Assembly (NCBI GenBank): GCA_965240325.2
Contig: OZ251223.1
Location: forward strand, 3,410,001 to 3,474,000
Reading direction: 5' to 3'
DNA from: Rebecca billardiae RCC1528
Taxonomy: Eukaryota; Protista; Haptophyta
DNA length: 64,000 bases
Part shown: positions 56,706-64,000 of the stretch, piece by piece
Layout of the letters: the number at the start of each line of letters is the position of its first letter
Numbering within the stretch: the stretch's first letter is position 1
Position numbers and translations under genes: made by a program
Notes under the pieces: model-generated
Database searches by the model: none
Told to the model about the DNA's origin: nothing
Seen by the model: only the letters and a program-made list of their open reading frames with translations

Positions 56706-57147
56706 CAGCTGGCAAATGTTCACCTGACATGTCAGGCCTCGTCCGTGACCGGATCCGATCTGACACCGTCACCTGTCAGCTGACCGACAGACAGAGTCGC
56801 CTGACTAATTCTATGATTTAAAGACACAGGCACGAGGGCGCAGCTCTCCTGATTCGTCTGTAGTGGTACTGGTCGAAGCTTGCAGCAGTGGCAGTGGTGT
56901 GAGCGTGTTGATGTTGGTCCCCATGGCGGATGTCGTTGTTGTCGTCGTCCGGACGTCGTCAGGCCCACCAGGAAGTGCATGGGTACGAAATCAAAGGCGA
57001 GTGAGCATGTTGGCGTCGGCCAGGCCGTCCCCTACTTGGTCAGCAGCTGGTGCGGATGATGTCGTCGCCTACTTGGTCAGTGGCAGGTCATGGTGGACGA
57101 TGGTGTAGCCTGTTCTTGGTCAGCAGCTGGTGGATGATGTTGTGGCC

Positions 57148-57793
57148 GAAGTTAGTAGTAGTTGGACTCGCCTGAGTTAGTAGTAGTTGGACTCGCCGAC
57201 GAAGTTGGTAGTAGTTGGACTCGCCGAAGTTAGTAGTAGTTGGACTCGCCGACGAAGTTGGTAGTAGTTGGACTCGCCGAAGTTAGTAGTAGTTGGACTC
57301 GCCGAAGTTAGTAGTAGTTGGACTCGCCGAAGTTAGTAGTAGTTGGACTCGCCGAAGTTAGTAGTAGTAGTTGGACTCCCCGAAGTTAGTAGTAGTTGGA
57401 CTCGCCGAAGTTAGTAGTAGTTGGACTCGCCGAAGTTAGTAGTAGTTGGACTCGCCGAAGTTAGTAGTAGTTGGACTCGCCGAAAATTAGTAGTAGTAGT
57501 TGGACTCGCTGAAGTTAGTAGTAGTTGGACTCGCCGAAGTTAGTGGTAGTTGGACTCGCCGAAGTTAGTAGTAGTTGGACTCGCCGAAGTTAGTAGTAGT
57601 TGGACTCGCCGAGGTTAGTAGTAGTTGGACTCGCCGAGGTTAGTAGTAGTTGGACTCGCCGAAGTTAGTAGTAGTTGGACTCGCCGAAGTTAGACTTAGT
57701 AGTAGTTGGACTTGCCGAAGTTAGTATAGTAGTTGGACTCGCCGAAGTTTGTAGTAGTTGGACTCGCCGAAGTTAGTAGTAGTTGGACTCGCC
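57148..57793. repeat. 25-bp minisatellite (gaagttagtagtagttggactcgcc), ~25 copies
   Basis: Period of 25 measured between 57279 and 57304; variants differ by +tag, +gac or single substitutions. Confidence 0.97.
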
Positions 57794-58693
57794 GTCGGGG
57801 ACTGGTTCCGGTACTTGTGGGGGATGGTCGTGTCTCTGCTGGGCCTGGTGGTTCTGGTTGAGCTCCTCCTCCTCCTCCCCCCCCCCCCCCCCCCCCGGCG
57901 CTTCAAGGGCAGTTCCCCCACCCTCCCCAGCAGGGGCCTCTGGCCAGCCTGAGTTCTGCCTGCGGGCCAGTGGCCTCAGTGGGCCTGACCTGGCAGTGCC
58001 CTTGGGACTGTGGTCCTGTAATGGCCTCTCCAGTGAGAGATGACCCTGGTCTGTCCGAGTGCGCCCGCTGCCAGCCTGGTGGCCACTTGGGGCCAGGGTA
58101 GCACCTCAATGTGCAGCGGGTCGTGCCGGTTGTACTGGGGGGAGCCTGGGCTGTGGAAGACCTGGACCATACGAAGAGGGGCGCCGGTGTGAGGGTCTCT
58201 GGTGACCAGGACGACTGTGGTGTTCGCCCCTGCTGCCACACAGGGGAGGAGTGCATCTGCCAACGCCTGACAGACGGTCCGAGGTGAGGCACCTGACACT
58301 GTCAGGCAGCCCATCTCCGTCGCCACCCCCTGCCAACCAACCACCACCCCCAGGCCCCACCCAACCTCTGACTGAGTTAAACTGAGTGACCGAATCGTGA
58401 CTGGTGACTGAGAGTGACTGTGTGACTGGGTGGACTGAATCGTGACTGATTGAGTCGTGTTACAGTTTACTATGATTTAACGTGCACATCACTGTCTTGG
58501 TTAAGGCGTAGAGTGAGTGCGGACAAGTGAGCATTGTCAGATGCCAGCGAGTGACTGTATTCCGTAAGCTAGTGAGTGTCAATTCTGAATCGGGACCCAT
58601 CTTCAATGGACATGAGCGGTGAGCACGCCGTTGCGAGCAGCAGTGCTTTCGTTGGCGCGAGCTCGGGCATCGGTGAGCAGGGGGGGGGGGGGG

Positions 58694-60127
58694 ATGGACG
58701 ATGCGCTGCGCGCGTTCGGGGGCGGGGGAGCCCGCGTGGAGGTGCTAGATGGGCTACATGTGGGATCGCAGCCGACGAGCACCGGATCGCTCCGGCAGCT
58801 CGTGTGTGCAGCCGACGTCGAGCCGGGGACCCACATCCTGCGAGTGCCGCGCAGGCTGGTGCTCAGCACGACCAAGTCACTGTCGGCGCCGCTGCGAAGG
58901 GCTCTCAGCGAGATTTGCGGGCGCGGCGGCATCCCGCCCTTCCTCTGCGAAGTCTTCACGCTCGCCATCGAGCTCGTCACCACGCAAGACCCCGCCTGGG
59001 CCTTCTACCGCGAGCACATGCTGCCCGATGAGTCGGATTGTGAGCACTCCGCAGACGCATTCACGCCGGGCGAGCTGGCGGCGCTGCAGTCGACCACTCT
59101 GGTCGAGCGCATCACCACGAGCCAGCGCCACCTGAACACGCTGTACAATGAGCTGCCATGGGGTGCCGAGGGCATGCCCGCCCGCTTCGGCCACGCGCGC
59201 TTTGTGTGGGCGGTGCATTGCGTGCGCTCGCGAGCCTTCAACGTGTGCGAGCAAGGAGCGGAGGCCAACGATGGCGGAGCGCTGATCGTTGTGCCCTTTG
59301 TCGACCTTGTCAACCACTCGTCCGAGCCGAACGTCCGCGCCGAGTTCCACACCGACGACAACACGTGCGTCCTCGTTTGCACACGGCACGTGCCTGCCGG
59401 CACCCCCCTCGTGCGCGACTACTCGCACCAAGGCCACCTGCCGCTCTCGAACGAGCGCATGCTGTACACGTACGGCTTCGTGCCGGCGGATGGGAACCCG
59501 CACGACGAGGTGTACATTGACTTCCGCGACGAGTACATGGCGGTGCTGGAGCATGCGCGCGCCACGCCTGCTTCCACCCCAGCAGATGCGACGGGAAGTG
59601 ATGGCCCGGGGCCGGCGGAGCAGAAAGGCGGCGGCGAGGCTGCGCACAGGCGGCTGCAGCTGCTCACTGCGATCGGGGGCGGCGTTGAGGGCCGCGCGCG
59701 CGGTTTTGCGGCGATCCGAGCGGTGGACGTGCCGGAGCCGCCGCACGATGGGCCGCCGTCGCTGTCCTCACCCGCGCTGCGCGTCGCCCGCGCCCTCGTC
59801 GCGACAGACGCTGAGCTGCAGCAGCCGAGCGCCATCGCCCTCCTGCACGCTGGGCGGGCAGTCAGCCGTGACAATGAGCTGCGCGCGTCCCGGCTGCTGT
59901 GGACCAAGCTGGTGACGACTCTTCGCGAGTACCCGACAAACGCCGCCGAGGACGCCTCGCTTCTGCGCCGTGCCACGTCCGAGCCCAACCCAGGTGCTGA
60001 AGCAGGCGCTGATGAGATGTCCGCACGCATGGTATGCGCACTGCAGCTGCGGCTCGGGCACAAGGGGCTGCTCGAGCGCGCGCTTGTGCACTATGCGCGC
60101 CACCGCAAGGAGCTCGTGCGCATGTGA
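58694..60127 (+). CDS. SET-domain protein lysine methyltransferase (Rubisco LSMT/SETD3/SETD6-like); start uncertain because of an upstream G14 run
   Basis: LRVPRRLVLS, FVWA...VRSRAF, VPFVDLVNHSS, DY...SNERMLYTYGFV...NPHD, and a C-terminal YPTNAAEDASLL..ALQLRLGHKGLL substrate-binding-like domain. Confidence 0.88.
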   Translation: MDDALRAFGGGGARVEVLDGLHVGSQPTSTGSLRQLVCAADVEPGTHILRVPRRLVLSTTKSLSAPLRRALSEICGRGGIPPFLCEVFTLAIELVTTQDPAWAFYREHMLPDESDCEHSADAFTPGELAALQSTTLVERITTSQRHLNTLYNELPWGAEGMPARFGHARFVWAVHCVRSRAFNVCEQGAEANDGGALIVVPFVDLVNHSSEPNVRAEFHTDDNTCVLVCTRHVPAGTPLVRDYSHQGHLPLSNERMLYTYGFVPADGNPHDEVYIDFRDEYMAVLEHARATPASTPADATGSDGPGPAEQKGGGEAAHRRLQLLTAIGGGVEGRARGFAAIRAVDVPEPPHDGPPSLSSPALRVARALVATDAELQQPSAIALLHAGRAVSRDNELRASRLLWTKLVTTLREYPTNAAEDASLLRRATSEPNPGAEAGADEMSARMVCALQLRLGHKGLLERALVHYARHRKELVRM

Positions 60128-60483
60128 GCGAGCCCTTGGCGTCATGCGGACGGAGACAAGCTCACGACGCGCAGCCATCAAGCTGCTACTGTAGCTGCTG
60201 TGACACTCAGCTACGGCCACAGGGCAGTCAGACGACCGGGCGACGTGTGTGCAACAACTAGGACGTGAAGCAAAATGACAACTACGTCACTGTGGCGCAG
60301 CGGCATGGTCAATAGTAGTCTATACTGCGCTGACACTAGCCCGACTAGGTAGTACTACTAGTAGCGCGCGGCCAGTCTATGTAAGCTATTCCGCAGCGAG
60401 TCGGGCCGGGCGCTGCGCGCGCGCGGCGGAACGTACCGACGCGAAAGACACGGTGCCATATCACCTAATGGGGTCGTGATGGG

Positions 60484-61785
60484 TCATGGGTTACCAGGTT
60501 TGCAAAAGCGGCCAGTGACCCAGACGCGCCAGATGCGAATCTCCGACTTGCGATTCACTGTCAGTTGCTTGTCGTAGGCCGCGCCCACGCGCCCCTCAAG
60601 CGCCGTGCCAACGTCGGCACCTGCGCCCGGGCGCTCAGCAGGCGCGAGGGCAGTGCCGCTCTCCGAGGCAGGGGGCGCCCTGAGCTCGTCGAAGAGCGCG
60701 GCGCTCTCGAGAGCCTCGAAGCCGGCCGCTGCGAAGAGCGCGTTGGCCGTATCCGTCGTGAAGAAGTAGGCCATGGTGCCATCTTGCCTCGCATACCAGC
60801 GCTCGCCCAGGCGCGTGCCCTTCTGTGCAAACTTGCTCTGCTTGGCATCGTACTCGCCGTAGTCGCGGAAGAGCACGACCCCGCCCGGTCGCAGCGCGGC
60901 GTACACGTTGGTGAGCGCGGTGTGCAGGCAGTCCGGCGGAAGCGCCGAGAGCACGAAGATGAGAAGTGCCACGTCGATAGACGCTGGCGCGAGCTGCGGC
61001 GGCAGGCCGTCTGCCGCCGCCACATCCCAGACAAAGGCTGCACAGCGCGCGGCATCGAACGCCTGCTGCTTCGTGAGCAGCTCGACGGCGGTCGAGGAGA
61101 TGTCGCACGCCGAGATGTGCGCCGAGGGAAACTGCGCGAGCAGCGGGAACACAGCCGAGCCCGGGCCGCAGCCCACCTCGAGCACACGGACGGGCGCGTG
61201 CCCCCCGGCGAGGGCCCCGAGCTCTGGGAACTCATCGCGCAGGTAGCGCCTGTTCTTGTATGCGCGCAGGTTGAGCGCGTAGAAGGCATCCCAGCTCCGA
61301 GCGCTCGCGTCTCGGATGGCAGCCACGTCCTCGGCCGACGCGAAGGCCTGCGCGCGCACGCGCTCGGCCACCTCCCTCTCGAGGTCCTCGTCCCATGGCA
61401 CGGCGTCCCACGCATTGTGCGCCATCACGTCGCTCGTCTCGTTCAGCCGCCTCGCGCGTCGCTTGACGCCAGCGTCCGTGGGGGCGATCTGACTGGCGGC
61501 ACGGAAGGCCTCCTCACGTTTCTGCGCCTTACGCTGCCGCTTGTGCTCGCGCTGCTGCGCCCTGAACGCCTCCGGGTCATGCTTCTTCAGCGCGCGCCGC
61601 CCACGCGGTGCCGGCGATGCCTCGGGGCCCAGGCCTCTCCACGAGGCCCATGCCGCGAGCAGGCGCGCGCGGAACGCGCGAGCTGGGCGCGGCGTGAGCA
61701 CGCAGGCCAACCCCGCAGCCAACCCACCCGCAGCCATCAGCAGCCACGGGCTGAATCTCGACGACGCGGTTGCCGGAGGCGGCAT
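60484..61785 (-). CDS. METTL2: tRNA m3C methyltransferase (METTL2/METTL6/Trm140 family)
   Basis: HNAWDAVPW, WDAFY..YKNRRYL..EFPEL, LEVGCGPG, LIFVLSAL, GGVVLFRDYG.YD, RQDGT.AYFF and NRK....RVWV. Confidence 0.9.
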   Translation of the reverse strand: MPPPATASSRFSPWLLMAAGGLAAGLACVLTPRPARAFRARLLAAWASWRGLGPEASPAPRGRRALKKHDPEAFRAQQREHKRQRKAQKREEAFRAASQIAPTDAGVKRRARRLNETSDVMAHNAWDAVPWDEDLEREVAERVRAQAFASAEDVAAIRDASARSWDAFYALNLRAYKNRRYLRDEFPELGALAGGHAPVRVLEVGCGPGSAVFPLLAQFPSAHISACDISSTAVELLTKQQAFDAARCAAFVWDVAAADGLPPQLAPASIDVALLIFVLSALPPDCLHTALTNVYAALRPGGVVLFRDYGEYDAKQSKFAQKGTRLGERWYARQDGTMAYFFTTDTANALFAAAGFEALESAALFDELRAPPASESGTALAPAERPGAGADVGTALEGRVGAAYDKQLTVNRKSEIRIWRVWVTGRFCKPGNP

Positions 61786-61915
61786 GCTGGCGACGGGGCA
61801 TTTTTTATTGATGACGACAAATCGTTGAAATTACCAAAAAAAAGACCGGTCGGGGCGCGACGACCGCCATCGCCCATCCCTCGGTCGCGGACGGCTCTCG
61901 CCAGCAAGAGCCGAG

Positions 61916-63580
61916 ATGCAGGGCCAGCGGCGAGAACGTGCGAAGAGGAAGCGCGACCAGCTGCGCCGCCGCGCTGAAGACGCTGGGCGGGACACGTACA
62001 TCGACTCGAATGCGCCGATCGGCCGGTACTTCAACGCGACGCGCACGCTGCTCTCTCAGGCGCGCGTGTACCGCGCGGAGGGCAACGCCCCGGACGCGTA
62101 CATCCTGTACTGGCGTGGTGCGACGTTTTACATTGAGCGCGTGGCCAAGCATGTGCGCTACAACGACGCCTCGGTGCGGGGCATGAAGCAAGCGTGCGCT
62201 CTGGACGTCAAGAACGCGATGTCGACGCTGGAGGAGCTCGACCGTGAGCTGGTGATGCTCTTCGAGATGGAGGAGGAGAGCACGGCCGCGATGTCGGCGG
62301 CGGCCGCCTCGGCGGGATCGGGTGGGACGCCGCCGCAGTACACCGCGCCGACCACCGCGCCCCAGCCCCCGAGCGCGCCCAGGGCGGTGGCCTCGGCCAC
62401 GCCGAGCACAACGCATCCCGCCGGGCTGCTCCCAGAGGTGCAGGCAGCCATGGCCGCCTTCACGGCGACAGATGCGGGGCACGCTGGCGGCGCGTACCCG
62501 ACGCTCGCCATGCCGGCCTCGGCGCGTCCGCCTCCGTCCGCGCCGCCGATGCCGCAGCCGTCAGCCCTCACCGCGCACTCGTCAGCCCTACCTGCGCAGC
62601 CGCCCGCCCTGCCGCCGCAGCCGCCAGACCCACCGCACATGAGCCCCTCGGCCGCTGTGCACAGGGAGAGCAGCAGCAGCCGCGCGCACAGGGGACGCGC
62701 CGCGCAGCACTGGGCCGGGCCCGGTGCCACGGCAGCGTACGGGTCGCCGCCCGTGATGGTCCCGCCGGTCGTGCCGCCTGTCGTTCGCCCAGTGCCGCCT
62801 GCGCCCCCACCACCGCACAGCGCGGATGCCACGGCCCCCCACGCCGTCGCGATCCCGCCACTGGTGCCGCCGACGGCACCACTGCCGCCGCCGGCGGCGT
62901 ACTGCATGCCAACGGCGCCGCCGCCGCCGCACTGCTCGGTGAGCTGCAACTGCGGCACCGCGCCGCTCATCCAGCCGGTCTCCGCGCCCTCTCTGGGCGA
63001 CGCGTCGTCTGCGCAGCGCGGCGGCGAGCTCCGCCGGCTGCTGCTGCCCTCCAACCTCACCGCACGCTTCCTGGAAGTCGCCCGGCCAAACACGCTGAGC
63101 AACGTCGAGACGTGCGGCATCCTCGCAGGCCGGCTGCTGCGCGACGAGCTGCACATCACGCACCTGCTCGTCCCGTCGCAGACGGGCAGCAGCGACCAGT
63201 GCGGCACGACGGACGAGGGCGAGGAGGACGCGTGCATGTACCACGTCGAGAACGACCTGATCACCCTCGGCTGGATCCACACGCACCCGTCGCAGATGTG
63301 CTTCTTCTCGTCCGTCGACCTGCATACGCAGTGCGGGTACCAGAGCATGCTGGACGAGGCGATCGGGATCGTGCTCTCGCCCAAGTCGAGCCCGTCGACG
63401 GGCGTGTTCCAGCTCACGCGCCCGCAAGGCCTCAAGGAGGTGCAGCAGTGCACGGAGAAGGGCTTCCACCCCTACCACCAGCGCAACGGCCCCAACGCGG
63501 GGAATGGCGTGTACAGCGAGTGCGAGCACGTGATCACCACGGCCTCGGTGAGCGTGCAGGTCGTCGACCTGCGCAAGTAG
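61916..63580 (+). CDS. AMSH: AMSH/STAMBP-type JAMM deubiquitinase (N-terminal MIT/USP8-dimer-like domain, Pro-rich linker)
   Basis: PIGRYF..LL.QARVY..EGN...AYILY; NTL.NVETCGILAG; JAMM motif GWIHTHPSQ.CF.SSVDLHTQ..YQ.ML.EAI.IV. Confidence 0.93.
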   Translation: MQGQRRERAKRKRDQLRRRAEDAGRDTYIDSNAPIGRYFNATRTLLSQARVYRAEGNAPDAYILYWRGATFYIERVAKHVRYNDASVRGMKQACALDVKNAMSTLEELDRELVMLFEMEEESTAAMSAAAASAGSGGTPPQYTAPTTAPQPPSAPRAVASATPSTTHPAGLLPEVQAAMAAFTATDAGHAGGAYPTLAMPASARPPPSAPPMPQPSALTAHSSALPAQPPALPPQPPDPPHMSPSAAVHRESSSSRAHRGRAAQHWAGPGATAAYGSPPVMVPPVVPPVVRPVPPAPPPPHSADATAPHAVAIPPLVPPTAPLPPPAAYCMPTAPPPPHCSVSCNCGTAPLIQPVSAPSLGDASSAQRGGELRRLLLPSNLTARFLEVARPNTLSNVETCGILAGRLLRDELHITHLLVPSQTGSSDQCGTTDEGEEDACMYHVENDLITLGWIHTHPSQMCFFSSVDLHTQCGYQSMLDEAIGIVLSPKSSPSTGVFQLTRPQGLKEVQQCTEKGFHPYHQRNGPNAGNGVYSECEHVITTASVSVQVVDLRK

Positions 63581-64000
63581 GAGAGAGGCTCTCGGATGCT
63601 GCGTGCTCTGCGGACAACTCTGGTCCCGCTGTGCACCGACCACCGTGGTAGTCTCTCGGATTGTCGAGCATTATAAAGACTGGCCGCTTCGGCGGCTCTC
63701 TCATAGCTTGTTCCTGAGTGCGCCAGGTCCGAGTGGTCGCCTACCGTGAAATCGACTACGCAAAAAACATTTTCGCTCGTTTATTATATTATTGCCGTTA
63801 TTTGCGGAAACGCGGGGCGCCGCCGGCCGCGGCCCGTCAGGCTCACCGTCAGGCTGGCAGTCTCAGCGTGACGGCGCTGCAGCGTGCGCCGCTGGCGAAA
63901 CGCACTGCTGGGGGCTGACCACTCAGCGGACCTTCGGCCGTCAGACTACAGGAGGTCGTCGTGTTACGACTTGTAACGTGTACCGCCCGCGCGCCGCGGC

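Noticed and set aside
57148-57793. CRISPR array or telomeric repeat
   Set aside because: Units are contiguous with no unique spacers, the context is eukaryotic and interstitial, and the unit is not a recognisable telomere motif.

Overview
GC-rich eukaryotic nuclear DNA. Short GC-rich GT-AG introns, signal-plus-transit presequences and the gene content suggest a secondary-plastid alga, plausibly a haptophyte (inferred, not proven). The right two-thirds (21-64 kb) holds about 16 housekeeping genes, mostly in head-to-head pairs separated by roughly 1-kb degenerate spacers. These include organellar IleRS, an M16 peptidase, an EEP hydrolase, UXS, an EF-hand repeat protein, a shikimate-kinase-like protein, a NEK-like kinase, DES1, a PDI/TMX-like protein, GT47, a SET/LSMT protein, METTL2-like and AMSH. 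The left third is accessory and mobile. It contains two ~1.4-kb elements bounded by conserved 17-bp palindromes, an intronless Cys-finger plus recombinase-HTH-like ORF, a TIR element inserted in a (CT)n tract and a homeobox gene. The most striking feature is a 7.26-kb element (13912-21175) with apparently identical split direct repeats (B...AB...A), a decayed DIRS-type RNase H and a 4.5-kb internal higher-order array of stem-loop units (232-bp and 177-bp periods). All calls come from reading the sequence by eye; no database searches were run.
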